A DNA stretch of 64,000 bases from Microbotryum violaceum (Eukaryota), in contig CDLV01000016.1 in assembly GCA_001244265.2 (NCBI GenBank), positions 930,001 through 994,000 on the forward strand. The letters are read 5' to 3'. The notes under the pieces were generated by a model. It ran no database searches and was not told the DNA's origin. It saw only the letters and a program-made list of their open reading frames with translations. The position numbers were made by a program, and so were the translations under genes. Shown one piece after another: positions 38,759-52,849 of the stretch (position 1 is the stretch's first letter; each line of letters opens with the position of its first letter).

Positions 38759-41700
38759 ATGTCGACCTCGCTGCTGGTGCACAACCTGCACTGCCCTTCC
38801 TGCGTCTTGCACGTGACGACGCTGCTCTCCTCCGCTCCGCTCTTGCTCGACCCCGGCTATATCACCGTCTCGCTGCTGACTCGCCTCGTCACTTATCGTC
38901 CGCGTTCCGGTACGCGCCGAGCTGATGTGGTGAATGTGCTTCAAGAGGGAGGATTCCAAGTTGAACCGGGTCCCCTGACCTCGAATCCGACCTCGAATTC
39001 GGCCGCTCCGTCTTCCTCCTCTTCGTCATCAGCCTCACCCGGTGCTGTGCCCGACCCAACCGGAGCCGATCGGGTCGAGCGCCGGCCAGAACAGGCGTGG
39101 TACATCTCACGAAGTAAGCGACGGCAGAGAGAAGCGCAACACCAAGAGGAGCAACGAAGAAGGGAGCAAGTGCATCGCCAATCCTGTAGAGCCTGTCGTG
39201 GCGAACTTTCTCCGACACCATCCAAACTCGGAGAAGAAAATATCGGCAAGGGCAAAGTCAGGGAGGAATGCGTTGTAGCGTTCAACTCGCTCGGAAATGT
39301 TGTCAATTCGACGTTTGTCGTCTCCGGAATGACGTGCGCAAGCTGCGTCAATGGTCTGCAGTCGGCCCTCTCCCAGGACCCGAGGATCAAGTCCCAGCAA
39401 GTCACCCTGCTGCCGAATCAAGCCGTGGTGTCGCACGACCCTGCGCTCTCCGTCGACCACGTCAGGGAGATGATCGAGGATGCTGGATTCGATGCCGAGC
39501 TCGTCGAGAGCGTTAATGTAGCCAACAAGGGCGTGGGCGAAAATTCGGATCAGGAAAATTTAGGATGGTACGAGTCAAAGTTCGTAATCGAAGGCATGAC
39601 TTGCGCGTGAGTACCCCTTCTCCTACAAAGGAAGCAAAGTGACCAATGGTGCTGACCGTCTTGGTGATCAGGTCCTGCGTACAATCGCTCAATGGCCTCT
39701 TTGAACAACCGACACCGGGTTTACGTTCCGCTCAAGTGACCTTGCTTCCGGCCCTTGCGACCGTCATTCACGACCCAAACGTCCTTTCCACCGATGTTCT
39801 GATCGAGATGATCGAAGAACGAGGGTACGGTGCCGAGCTATTGTCCTCAGTCCCGGTGCAGGGCGCAAAGGGCGCTGGTGCCGATACCCAAATAAGAACG
39901 GTCAAACTGCGTATCGAGGGCATGTTTTGCAGGTCAGTCGGCAGCTGGCTCGAGAGGCCATCCGCGTTGTTCTGACCAAAAATCTCCATCCACAGCAAAT
40001 GCTCGATAGCCATCAATACATATCTAGACTCGCTGCAAACGGCGGGGACGATTATCAGCTTTGACCCGTGTTCGATGGCATCGCCCGTCTTGAGCCTGAC
40101 GTATGTGCCTCAGCCGCCTCACGGTTTTACGTTGCGCACTCTACGTTCTTCGATCGAGTCGTTCGGACCTTTCACGCTCCACCCGGTGCACACCTCGTCG
40201 GTCCTGACCTTGCTCGCTCGTCAAGCCCAAGCTCGCGAGTCCCGCTCAATCCTTTTACGACTCTGCATCACCGTCCTCTTTGCAATTCCGGCCTTCATCA
40301 TCGGCATTGTATTTGTATCACTACTACCCTCGTCGAAATCTCTTCGGCGCTACTTTGAGGAGCCTTTATGGGGGTCCGCGTCTCGCGCGATGGTCGTTCT
40401 GTTCGTTCTCGCAACACCCGTGCAGTTTGGCATCGGATTCTTCTTCTATCAACGCGCGTGGCACAGTTTGCGAGGCGTATGGAGGAGGGGAGGATGGCGG
40501 GAGAAGATATTGAGATGGGGTAGCATGGACACGCTTGTCGCTCTGGGAACCACGGGGGGCTACGCGGCTTCGGTCGCTTTTCTGGCGATCGAGGTGAGGA
40601 CGCGGCCGAGTGAGACGATGGGAGCGAGTATGGAGATGGGTTACTTTGATTCATCGGTTCGTTATAGGTCCATAGCCCCGTCATTTCCACGAGCCGTCGC
40701 TTACTGTTTTTTGGTCATATCATCCTTTCAGATTTTCCTCATGATGTTCATTCTACTCGGTCGCTACCTCGAAGGGATCAGTCGTCAACGCACCGGTGAC
40801 GCGATCGATGCGCTGGCCAACATGAAGGCTTCCACAGGATTGCTTTACACTGGTTCGCTTGCATCGCACGCCGCACACGTGGACGAGACCGGCGACGAAA
40901 ATAGCAAGTCTACCTCCGAGGCTGACTTGGACGCCGCGGCTGAAGGCTCGTCGACTACCCTTGAGCTCGAGGTGGACTATTTCGAGATCGACGACGCTCT
41001 CCTCGTACCTTCTGGATCTTCCGTCCCTCTCGATGCGGTGGTGATCCCTAGTTCTTCGTCATCCAACTTTGATGAATCGTCGCTCACAGGCGAATCACTT
41101 CCCATTTTGAAACAACCGGGTGATGCGGTCTTTGCCGGAACGACGAATCTGGGCCCATCGGCAGTGCTCGTGCGGGCGACCTCGAACGCTGGCTCGACGA
41201 TGCTCGATGGGATCGTACAAGTAGTTCGCGATGCGATGGGAAAGAAGGCCACGGTCGAAAAGCTCGCGGATCTGATCACGGGCGTATTTGTACCCTGCAT
41301 CGTGGCCATTGCGGTCATCACTTTCTCAATCTGGGTCATCCGAGGGTACTCGGGTAACTTGTCGAAGAATTGGCTCGATGAAGCCGAACGAAGCTCGGGT
41401 GGTTGGAGTTTGTTCGCCATTCAATTTGCTGTCGCTGTTCTCGTCGTAGCTTGCCCATGTGGTATTGGACTAGCGGCACCGACCGCTCAGATGGTTGGTA
41501 CAGGGATGGCCGCTCGACTCGGAATCGTTCCATTCGGAGGAGGGGAGGCGTTCCAGAATGCGACCAAGATCGAAGCGGTTTGTTTCGACAAGACCGGAAC
41601 GTTGACCAAGGGCGAATTCACCGTCGTGCGTCATCGTTTCTATGCTGTCAAGGGCCTCGAGTGGGATCGACCAACGTCCATGAGGATCGTTAAGCTCGTG

Positions 41701-42803
41701 GAAGAATCGTCGACGCATCCGATTTCGATTGGGGTGCGCGAGTTCTGCACCAAGCACCTTGGTATCAGCGAAGAACCCACAGCTCCGGTACCGGTGGCGC
41801 TTGTTCATTCCGAGGAGATTGCGGGAAGAGGACTCAAGGCGATGGTCAACGTCTTTACCTCATCTTTGGAAGTTCTTATCGGGAACTCGACCTTGCTGTC
41901 CGAGCATGGACTCGACCTCGACCACGATACGACTGCCCTTTCTGATGGTTGGGCCAGTGATGGTTGCTCGATCGTCTTTGTCGCTGTGCGAACCAAGCCG
42001 CTGACTCAAGAATTACCCGAGGGAAGCTTTCAGATACTAGCTGCATTCGGAGTCCAGGACCAACCCCGAGAGGAAGCCCGACTCGTCATCTCCGCCCTCG
42101 AGAAGACGGGCATCGCAGTCTTCTTGTGCAGTGGAGATCACGAACGTACGGTTCGAGCCGTCGCTCGCTCCGTCGGAATCGCTGACGGATGCGTCTTTGC
42201 CCAAGTACTACCACTCGAGAAAGCCAAGGTCGTTGAGCGACTGCAATTGGGGCTGGCGAGGACTCGTATTGAAGAATTGAAGCGAGCTCGGCGCAGCACT
42301 GGGTGGAGGAGGCTGTTCAGCCCTAGTCGGCGCGGTACAATCAGGGCCAAAGTCGCGTTCGTCGGTGACGGCATCAACGATGTCGTAGCACTCGCACAAG
42401 CAGACGTAGGGATTTCAATGGGGACTGGATCGTCGATCACTCTCTCCTCGTCAGAATTTTGTTTGCTCAGCTCGAACCTCTCCGCGCTGTTGACCTTGTT
42501 CGCTCTTTCGAAAGCAACATTCAACAAGAGTGAGTCCCGTTACTATATCGAATAGGCAGAGCACCGGCTAACACCAAGTTCATGACAGTTCTAACCAACT
42601 TCGCTTGGGCTTGCCTCTTTAACGGCTGCTTGGTACCCATCGCGGCCGGCACATTTTACGATCTTGGAAGGACGCGCCTTCCACCCGTCTGGGCGAGTCT
42701 CGCTATGGCACTCTCTAGCATCTCGGTTGTTGTCAACTCGTTACTGCTCCGATGGACGTTCAGAATTCCCAAGGAAGTCCGAGATATGGGTAGGAACGTC
42801 TAA
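38759..42803 (+). CDS. Copper-transporting P1B-type ATPase (Ccc2/Crp-like), multi-exon
   Basis: HMA motifs HCPSC, GMTCASC (twice) and GMFC|SKC; TGES, ACPCGIG, DKTGT and GDGIND. Confidence 0.93.
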
Positions 42804-43072
42804 GTGAAAATGACCGCCGTGCTGGAGCATAGCCAGGACAGTGACATTGCAATGACTATTCATCAGAGTGGGAACGCGATGAATTTGCGGTGTGACCGTA
42901 GATGATGACACGGGGTGGGATGTGCTATCATAGATGCATATCAGCTCGGAACTCCATGAGCGGCTGGCTCGCAGTCTGGCGTAAAGCTTGCTGAAGGAGG
43001 CCAAGGTCGAACCCCCATCGGAGCGCGACGACGTCCGCATCGTTTGCGCTTGCAGAGTTCTTGCAGCAACAT

Positions 43073-46000
43073 TCACGGTACGACCTTGAATTTGAGGGCG
43101 ATGCCTCTTCTTGCCATGTCGTCCTTGAAAGCTGCGGAGCATACAAAAAAACTCTTGATCATCTTAACTAAAGTCTACATAGAACATGGATAGTTAGACG
43201 TACCTTGCTTCTCGGCGACTTCCTCTCGCTGCTCGTAGTCTAGCACAAGCTTCTTCAGCTGCTGCTGCTCGGCTTTATCGATTGCTCTCTTTTCGAGAGT
43301 ATGCACGGCGATTGAGGACTCGAGGGGAATTTCCATTGACCGAGTCTATTTTTGAGGCGAATCAGAATCTGTGGCTGCACTGGGAATTCGAGAGATGCCC
43401 GGACGTACCTGCTGCTTATTCCCTTTCTTGGTCAAAAGGGTGAACGTGATCCCTTTCGGCGTCGCTTCTTCCCGGTCAATGTCCTCGTCCTCCTCGATCT
43501 TCCCACCCCTCGGAGCGGTTTTTCGAGCAAATGGGACCCCGACATCAAATAGAACAGGCTTATTCCTCACCTCCGTGCCACCGCCCGCACTCCCACCGGT
43601 CCCGGCCATCATTTTAGCCAAATCGCGAGTGAACTCGTCCTCCTGTTCTTCGGTCATCGCATTCGGGTCTTTGGGTCGGACAGCACCTTCTACGTCTTCG
43701 TCTTCCTCGAGAGAATGTTCGTCGCTATCGTCGTCTTCATCGTCTTCATCGCTAGACTCGCCTTCGTCGTCATTCGAGCCGTCTTCTGAACCATCATCGG
43801 ACCCAGATGACTCTTCCCCGGACTTTTTCCCCGCCTGCTCGCAAAGACATCAGATTCAGCCCAATGAGTGCGGACCAAAGATACTCACTGAAGGAGAGAG
43901 GGTACGTACATCACTATCAACATCCATTCTGTTGCGCTCCTCTTCATCATCCTCGTCTTCTTCCACGATCGCACCTCCAATCTTCCCCCCTTTATCCGCT
44001 CCACCATTAACACCATTCGCCGCGACTCCAGCCTGATTCCTAAGCTCACTAACCACCTTCTCAGCTTCTTCCAAACTACCAAACCTATTCGTCTTGGGTC
44101 GAAGTTTTTCAAATAAATCATCGACCATGAATCCAACATCCATAGGTATTCCTCGTTTAGTTAAAACATAAGTTTGGAAGAAGATGAGGAAAGTATCCAG
44201 TTTTTTGCGTAATTGTCCTCGGTCAAAACATTCACCGCAGGTGTCTAGTAGGACACAGATGAGTCGGATGCGGAAGGAGTCGTCGGGCATGTCGATCGGG
44301 CTTGGTGTCGCGGGATGGGCATGGCCTTGAGCTATGAGGTTCGGTTAACGATGTATCAGGGCGTACGCTTCGTAGTTACCACTCAGACATTATATTACTT
44401 ACGATGACCGAATGTGATGAGCGACCAAAGAGTGTCAAAGATGACTCGGGATTCGATGACTCGGTAGTTATACATCTCGCCCAGGTACTTTATCGTAGCA
44501 ATGCGTTGTTGATTGTACTTGAAGTTGTTGACCTAGATGACAATTAGAGCCGAAGACGATTAGTCAGACTACAACATAGTGCTCAGATTATGAACGTCAA
44601 CACTCACCTCCATTCCCAGCCTAAAATTCTCCATCACCTCATCGATAACACCAACGACAAACTCCGAATGAAACTTGACCAATTCGTCCAAAAGCACAGC
44701 AAACAAATGGATGTTGCTGAATTTGATTTTACCGACTTTGGTGAAAGCACTATGCAATTTCGCGACGATCGCCGGATCCTCCCAATGAAGTTTACGTATG
44801 AGCTTGGAAATCTTGTCGACGTTGTTGCGTGTCATTTGATGGTAGATGAGATTTCGGATGTAGAGTTGTATTGGGGTACGTTCCTTGGGTGGGATGGCGG
44901 GTCGACCAGGTGGATCACACTACAGAGGGGACAGGTCAGCTTCTATTTGAAATTTTGAAATCGCGCGCGAGTGCGGGATAAGGGCACTGACTTGGTAGTA
45001 AGCATTCTCCAACATTGTGATCTGCCTCTGGTCCAAATGCATCACCGCTTTTTTCCTCATATACGTCTCCAACACCAACCTCATGCGCTCACTCGTGGCT
45101 TCCGATCGCAGCAAGAACCTCCCACAACCTTCGAGTACGGTGCAAAAGTTATCGATATTGGCGCCGGTGAAGTCGTCTAGCAAAACCTTGAAGACGTGCA
45201 AGATCGAATGGATGGGTGTGACTTTGAATTTGGTCAACTCGGAGAAGAATCGGAGGTTCTTTGATCTAGTTTCGGCAAGATCGACTTGTCGTTTACGTTG
45301 GAGGTAGCGAAACTCCTCTTCGAGGATGGTGATGAGTTCTTTTCCGACGTCGGGCATGTATGGATTCAGCGTTCCGACCAGCCTCGCGTAGTACGGTATC
45401 AGGTCTTGTCGATTCCGGTTGATTGAGGCGAGATACTTGACGAGCCGCTTACGAGCGGCTTTGCTGTTCAGGAAGGCGAATTCGATTGCGATGTCGTCGA
45501 TGCTCGATCGAGAAGAGGCGTCGACGAGTCGGGCGAAAAGAGCCGTGAGCTGCGCGGCTGGTCCAGTGGCCAAAGTTGCATCAACTTCCGTCCCGGCACT
45601 AACAGGTTGTTCAGTCGACGGTGTTCTTAGAACAAAGTTCGGCAGATGATTCGAATCAGCTCGAATATATCTTAGTTGGGCCCGCCGGCGGGAAACTCAC
45701 TCATCTGCCTCGGTGCTCTCCGGCTCATCGGTCGTCTCGTTCCCGACATCCATCTTAAGGTCTTCATTCTCTTTCTCCTCTTCCGCCACTGTCGCTTCCA
45801 CTGCCTTGTCCCCAAGTCCGAGAAACTTGCCTGGTACCGCACCTTTGAGCCCCCTCAAATCCTCGTAAAACTTCTTGTCCTCTTCGTCGATCCAAATCGA
45901 TCCGGGACCACCAATCTCCTCTTCCTGCTGAAAAGAAGAGGTTCCCGTCCCGACGATCGAAGATGCTGCCAAAGTTGAGGTGAGAGATGGTAGGACGGGT

Positions 46001-47371
46001 GCGGCAACGCCTAAAAGTTCCGATAGTCTAGTGTGAAGAACGCGATTCGACTCTGCATCAGTAATTTGATGATTCCTCGAAGCTTTCGAAGCAACACGTC
46101 CACTCACTGAGTCACTCCACTCCACCCTCTTTCCCAATTCTTCACGTTCCTCTCGTATGCTTTCTCTCGATCTTCAAACACCTCACCACTTCTGATGTAT
46201 GCTTCATGATTCCGCTTGTCTTGCTTTTGCAGTTCGAGGTGGTTGCGCACTTCCTTACGACCCAACGCGTCGAGGTAAGCGACGAGCAGCTTGCGGAACT
46301 TGTCCATCATCTCCCGTGGGACCAGGTACGAGTTCTCGGCATCGTCCTTTGAGTTCGATAAGGCAGGAAACTGGTGAGCGTTGACAACGGCAGTTTCGTC
46401 CGCGGTGGTGGCCAGTGGCGGGAGGTAGAGAGGACCGAGATGTTTCGCGAATGCGATCGCCAATGGTGCAACAAGTGACAGTTGCTCCTTGTCGGACGTG
46501 AGCTGTGTAGAACGAACGAGGAATGCATAAGTGTCTACCCAGCAGCAGACAAATTACCGCGAGGAAATACTTGCCCATTCTTTCAGAATCTTCCACGTGA
46601 TCTCGCCGACCATGCCCGAGTTGACGGACAAGGTTTTGGCTGAAGCTGTCGAACTGCCTTTACCGACAATTCCAACGACTTCGAGCTCGCCCATTAGCCT
46701 CAATAGGCCACGCTGTTTCGTTATCCTTTGGGTGTCCTCCTTCTCTCGGACTTCGCGGTCGTTCGCCGCAGACGGAGTTGACGGTGCCAGACTGGTCAAG
46801 ATGAGGTTGACCAGAGGGGGAGTGAAACTATGCGGGAATCTCTGGTGCAGTGCCGAGACAACCTGTGGCCAACTAGTCTATAAGTATGTTGTTGGTCATG
46901 TTTCCTCGACGCCCGAAGCGGGGTTGATAACCTACCTCGATCGCTGCCCACGTCTCTGGGCCGGTCTTGCACTTTGCCAGGCCTTCAAAAGTGGCGCCCA
47001 CGGCTTCTTCGACGTACTTGTCCAACGAAACCGAGGCGATCTCCTTGAGGATCGCAGGCAGAGTCACGGTGGTGTGGATCGACGAACGTAGCCGCGTCAG
47101 CAGCGTCGTGTGTCGCTTCAAAGAGGTATCGAGGCGGGCTTGGTGGTCTGGGATATCCAAACGATGGTGAGAATCAGTACATCTGAGCATGGACAGTGAT
47201 GGGATGAGCCCTGGCCGACGAACGTGGTTCGTGCGAGCTTTCAGCCCACGCGGCGAGGTTCAGTTCGCGCAGCTGCAGCCGCCGTTGCCATCGTGCAGAA
47301 GTCGTGGCAGACGGGTTCGATGTGGTCGCTGAAGAGTCGACTGGAGCTTGAGTGGCGGCCGTTGAGCTCAT
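43073..47371 (-). CDS. UPF2: Nonsense-mediated decay factor Upf2/Nmd2, multi-exon
   Basis: LDTSLKRHT start of MIF4G-1, AIEFAFLNSKAARKRL, FFSELTKFK, DDSFRIRLICVLLDTCG, acidic region and FTLLTKKGNKQQ Upf1-binding region. Confidence 0.92.
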
Positions 47372-48700
47372 TCCGTATAAGGCTGTACGACCGGCAGTGG
47401 TGTAACCGATCGTGTTGTACGCGCGTAGGCACCGCGCACAGTGTACTTGAGGGTGATGATCCGGTCAAGCTCGAGCAGAGATCAACCGAGGAGGATCTCT
47501 GTGGCTGACTTGGGGGTGGAGATGGTTGGTGCGGAGACGACGATGGCGCGCAGGAGCGGATCAGAACGTGGAGCGCCAGCTGAACCGACACGCGAGCGAA
47601 CGGCAGGTCCGTGCGAGTGAGCAGTCGGTGAGCGTCGCCTGCAGGCTCGGCACGGGTTTGGACTGGGAGCGGTGACGAGCAAAACGGCTCAATCTTGTTC
47701 CATCATGAGACTGAGCCGCTGTACTCCCGCTTACAAGAGAACTCGTATTCGACTTGTTCGACTTCGGAGTGCCACCGGCTACTCGCGACGATTCTTGCCG
47801 AGAGTCGAGAAGTACTACACCCGCGCAAGATTTGGATCATAGCCTTCCAGTCAGGTGAATGGCGGATCACATTGTTGAGATCCTTCTACGTCCAAGCTTG
47901 AGGATGTTCGCGTCCAATTGTCTTTTCGGTTCTGCACGAGTCCGTCAGAAGTCACCGAGTGAGCCGAGAGATTTTATCCTCTTCCTCTTCAATGGAGACT
48001 GTGTGCACCTCGCTCGCACTCGCACTGTACATCCTGTCGCGTTTTTGCGCCCCTCGGCCGAACCATTTTGGACCCCCGCAAGAAGCACTCCTAGGACCGG
48101 CCTGAACTCAAGCTACGCTCCGATATCACATGCTCCCTAAAATGTGCCTTTCAGCTCGGTCGGCCGTTTCGCCTCCTATGTTTTCGTTCGCACGGGGAGG
48201 GGCAACTTAACCGTTCTGGCGTTGAAGCTGGCGTGTTGGAAATGACGACATTATGCTGCTCGGCGTAACGCCTGAGGCTGTCCCAGCTTAGAAAGGTGAT
48301 CAACTGGAAAAAATATAGCAGAACAACTAGCCGAAATACCGCGTACGCATGTGGCTATCCTAGACGGGACAGGAGCCTGCAGCAACCATGGATCCGTCTG
48401 ACACCGGACGACGACCCCAGAGTCCGCGGGACGTTTTGACTAATTAACACCAACGTCTTTCTCATGTGTGGAAATGAATGAGACTGGGTCGGCCCGATCG
48501 ATGAGTGCTGAGCAGTGAGACATGCTTGCACAGAAAGTGACCTGCGCCTGCCTAGCCGCAAGATGTACAGGACCGTGTTGGGTTCGCGGACTGAATCTTT
48601 TCGCCTCTCTCTCTTCTGCCAGCGACAGAGAACCTCGGGTCGTAAACCCTTCCGCCATTCCGTTCCGTTGTACCCAGTCTCAACGTGCTTTCCACAGATC

Positions 48701-49374
48701 ATGGTCTACTTTCACCACTGCCTCCTCGTCCTCATTAGTGCCCTATCGCTCTTGTCTACTTCGTTCATCGCCAAGCCCGTCAAGCGTCTTTCGTGTCTTC
48801 CCTGGACACCCAGTTATTATAATGACTGTCATAAAACCTGCCATGAAAACGCGGTGAATACGGATATAAAGGTAGGTCAAGGGCTGATGCAAGCGGTTCG
48901 ATTTCGTGCTAGTACTTGGCATATGACCGCCTGGGCTGACGAGCGTAACCCCAACCTCCGTTTTAGTGCTCGGGTCTACATCCCATATCCAATCCATATG
49001 AGAGGTGGAAGTACTTCCAATGTCTTTGTGACGACTATGCGGGATTCGATATCGAATTCTCGCAATGTGTAGATTTCGGTAAGTTGAGCGGCCCAAGCTG
49101 CACGGCGCCGGATCACTCGAGCGGAGGTGAACCTTCGAAACTTTGTCTCCAGGCATTGATAATACTGCGGTTTGCAAGAACCCGAACGAAATATATCAAC
49201 AGGAATTGGATTGGTGTAATGTTTATCCATCAGGCAAAACCAGTAAGTTCATCCCCGCGTCCAAAGGTGCAGAGCACAGGTTTGTGGCCAAGATCTAACG
49301 GGGTCAAGACTCTGCGCACAGAGCCAAAGTTGAGGTTTTGTCGGAAGAATACGACCGTCGAAGGCAACCTTTGA
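48701..49374 (+). CDS. Small secreted Cys-rich protein, second family (exons 48701-48895, 48967-49078, 49153-49242, 49322-49374; about 149 aa)
   Basis: Signal MVYFHHCLLVLISALSLLSTSFIA, about 10 mature Cys, phase-consistent GT-AG introns that are conserved in the inverted paralog. Confidence 0.75.
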
Positions 49375-51143
49375 TCTACCTTGTTCACTTGTTACTAGGA
49401 CTTTCGAAGATATTCATCGGGTTTTATAGTGACCCCATCAAAGATTCATTCGTCATTCCTCTCGCTGCCGTTCCATCTCCTCCTTCACGGCCACTTTCGT
49501 GTCCTCACTCTTCAATGCTTTCCGTCCCTTGGAATTTGGTTACCCACCCAGCCGACTTCATGCATTTCCGCTTAATGTGGGGCCTGCTAGTCGATTTTCT
49601 GTCCCTTTGACGTGTGATACGAGTCATCGGGGTTAAAGGTGTTACTAGACCTTGCATTGCTATCGGGGGGTCGGAGATAGCTTAGTAGGCCAAAAGTTTT
49701 TTTTTGGATGAATTGAAGCGAACCACGTTCAACTGCTGGTCCAACTGTTCTCTTTCTTTTCTCAATCATTTCGAAAATCATCATCAAATTCCTACAGTCC
49801 CGAAAAACGAGGAGAAGAACTAGAAGGAATGTGAGACACAAAACCGGCTCGTGAATAGGAGTATGGGATCGCACGGGACTTGTACCTGTCTACCCGCCAG
49901 GGGATGTTTGCGAGCAATCGATCACCGGACCAAACCGATATGTATATTCGATCGGACGTAGCCAAATTGAGCCCTGTCGCAAAGAGGAGGACTCTTTAGC
50001 TGCTAGCTGATCTCCCAGAAGGGTAACTAACCGTTACGGCCGAGCTTGGCATTCGATCACCCCCTTTTCGTGCTGCGCGCAACGAGTCGGGAGGCGAAGA
50101 CCGAACGTGATGAAGGAGACGGCTCAACGGAACTCCTGAATATAGAAGCTATCGAAACTCGACTTTCAAGCTTGTCCGATGTGGTTCATCACAACCCCTC
50201 TACCCTCAACCTCGCCGACATTCTCCGGGGTCTCGCCGTCCTCGAGTAGGGCAGGCTCCTGATCCCGGGGTGACAACGCCAAATGCAGCCAAGTGTGCCG
50301 CTTCGGGTTACTATCAAAGTAAGGATTAAGTCGGTCAATTGAGTGCATACTCTGGCTTTTGCTCTCGGGACCTTTGAGTATGCACGCGGAACGCTGCGTA
50401 AGGCATGTTCCCCGCGTCGGTTTCTGACCCCTGACTCGGTCTCGAGTTTCGCACAGCCAGTGCCTGATCAAGCCCCAACAATGAGACCCGATGACGGATT
50501 GGAAACGCATCTGTAAAGATTCGGAATCCACGTGGTTGGACCGCAAGCAGGAGCTGATCCATTGAGGTGAGCCCCTCATAATAACTCCTAGAGGCCGGCA
50601 CGGCCGTTTCCGAATCGGACCCCTCAGTGACGGCTAAAGGCTTACTACGATCGGAACAACAGGAGTCGCTTTTTCTTCACGATTTTACGCCGACTTTTTG
50701 TTTTGTTTTGGCGGGATGCCTCTTTCGCAATACGACATTGTCCAATTCGGTGAACTGTTGTAAGTCGATCGCTGGTAGCAGTCAATATGTAATGTGTTAT
50801 ATGCTTAGGCAGTCGCGCGTAAACCTCGCACACACGGTGTGCGCTTTTCGCGGGCACAGACCCTTGGTGAACAAGTCGAGTTATCAAAAACCCAAAACCC
50901 CTTGTTTTGCATCAATCTCTCCCGTCCAAAGGTTTTCCGACCTCGTCGAGAGCGAGTCAGGGTGCAGAGTTCAGCTTTAAAGTGGGACGTATGGCTTGTG
51001 CAGCGCTTCGCATGCTTCCTCAAAGGATTCGAGCAACAGCTGTCAAGAATAGCTGGCTTCACCGTCCTCATCCGAATACAACATCTGAGTTGGTGTTTGG
51101 GATCGAGCCCAACGTGCCTTCATTTGGCCCGTTGGGCCCGTTG

Positions 51144-51289
51144 TGTAATAACCGGTAAGTAATCACGGCCTTACGCGCGCGTCTGGCCGTAAGCACTGCA
51201 GGGAAGTAGACTCTAACATCTCCTTTGACCAGTTTATTCTTTGGAAGACATACTCGTCTCCTTGCAAGGCCAGACGACCAAGCCTTACA
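51144..51289. mobile_element. Solo LTR, 146 bp, with 5-bp TSD CGTTG
   Basis: TGTAATA...CCTTACA flanked by CGTTG on both sides. Confidence 0.85.
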
Positions 51290-52339
51290 CGTTGGTATCT
51301 TAATCTCCCAGCTCTAATTGTTTCCTTAGTCTTTCTATTATCTCAGTGCTTTACCAGTTAGCTTTCCATGAGTGTATCTCTTAGTCTCTGACCACTCTGT
51401 TCTCGTCCCTGTTCATTGGACTGAGCCGTGGTCATGATCAGAGAATAATCCGTCAAAACAGCCAGAGTATGCGCTCAATTAACCAACTTAAATCCTTAGT
51501 TTATTAGTAACCCAAAGCGGCACACTTGGGCGGCATTTAGCGTTGTTATCCCGGGCCGGGGTCAGGGGCCTTCCCTGCGCGAGGACGACGACCCCCCGGA
51601 CGGCGAAGGATCGCGAGTACTGGGCCGATCGTTCTTGTTATCGTTGTTCACTCGAAAGGTATTGTAGACGGTGTTTCATTGTTTCAGGATCGGTTCGAAT
51701 GAATGTGATCCTCTCCGCGAGAGAGAGAGAGAGCACTGACTGAACTATACCAAAAAGGGGAAACCGGCTAATATTGATGTCCGATATTCGGTCCGAGCGG
51801 GTTTCGGCAAGATTTAGTGTTTGGTCATGTGCGTGCGAGGCCGCTCCGGCATCACAGGTGAACTGAAACAGCTCCCGTGCACGGCCATACTTCTTTGAGC
51901 CGTTTGTGTCTCACATCTCTTGCACATAGTTCTCCTCCGCGTGCTCACACGAGTCGGATCACACGTCAAAGGGACATAAAAGCGACTAGCAGGCCTAACG
52001 CTAAGCCGAAACGCATGAGTTCGGCGAGGTAGGGAAATGAAATTCCAGCCGGCGGAACGTATTGAAAAGTGAGGAGACAAAACTGGCCGTGAAGGAGGTG
52101 GAACGGCAGCGAGAGGAATGACGAATGAACATTGACTGGGGTCACTATCAAAAAGCCGCTGAACTTCTTCGGAAGTCCTACCAACTAGCGAACAAGGTAA
52201 ACGAAGGGTGCATTTGACGGTCCTTTGCGGACAACGCTTGAAGTTCGGTTCGCGCTCCACTGTGCGCAGAGTCTTGACCCCGTTAGATCATGGTCATGAG
52301 TGCGCGCATTGAGGCGGGGATGAACTCACTGGTATCGTC

Positions 52340-52849
52340 TCATGGATAATAACTACACCATTTTTCCTCCCTATTCAATACCTCCTCCAGGCTTTTGCAA
52401 ACTCCGTAATCCGTCAACCCTGGAAGCAAAGTTTCGAAGGTTCACTTCCGCGCGAGTGACCCGGCGCGTGCAGCTTGACCCGCTCGACTTACCGAGTCGC
52501 ACACATGCCTCAAATGAGTTCAGAAACTCGACAGGGTCATTGCAGAGACATTTGAAGTACCCCTTCATCGACTCCGTCGAATGTTTTGATTTGGGATGTC
52601 GACTTGCGCACTAAAAGTAGGTTGGGGTCATGCTAGTCAGTCCCACGCCGCCGTCATCTAGCAAGCAGCACGAACTAGAACAGCTTTCATCAGCCTATGA
52701 CCTACCCTCGGGCTCAGACCGATCGCATATGTATGGCATGCATGATGGCAGAGATTATAAAACTCCGGATGCAAGGGAGCAGAGTTCGACGCGGCGATGA
52801 GAGAAATAGCCGAGAGCGATAGGAGGAGAAGCTTGTGAAAGTAGACCAT
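52340..52849 (-). CDS. Inverted paralog of the 48701 secreted protein, truncated by TGA in exon 3 (exon 4 remnant at about 52200-52260)
   Basis: MVYFHKLLLLSLSAISLIAAS...CHHACH...|CASRHP..YFKCLCND..EACVRL|GLTDYGVCK..WCSYYP*; the paralog has TCA at this stop position. Confidence 0.7.

Noticed and set aside
22965..47371. RPP1, MTR4 and UPF2 as an RNA-processing gene cluster
   Set aside because: They act in different pathways and are separated by unrelated genes; there is no evidence beyond chance proximity.
49900..51140. Short ORFs in the spacer of the inverted pair
   Set aside because: No convincing motif; may be TE debris but cannot be assigned.
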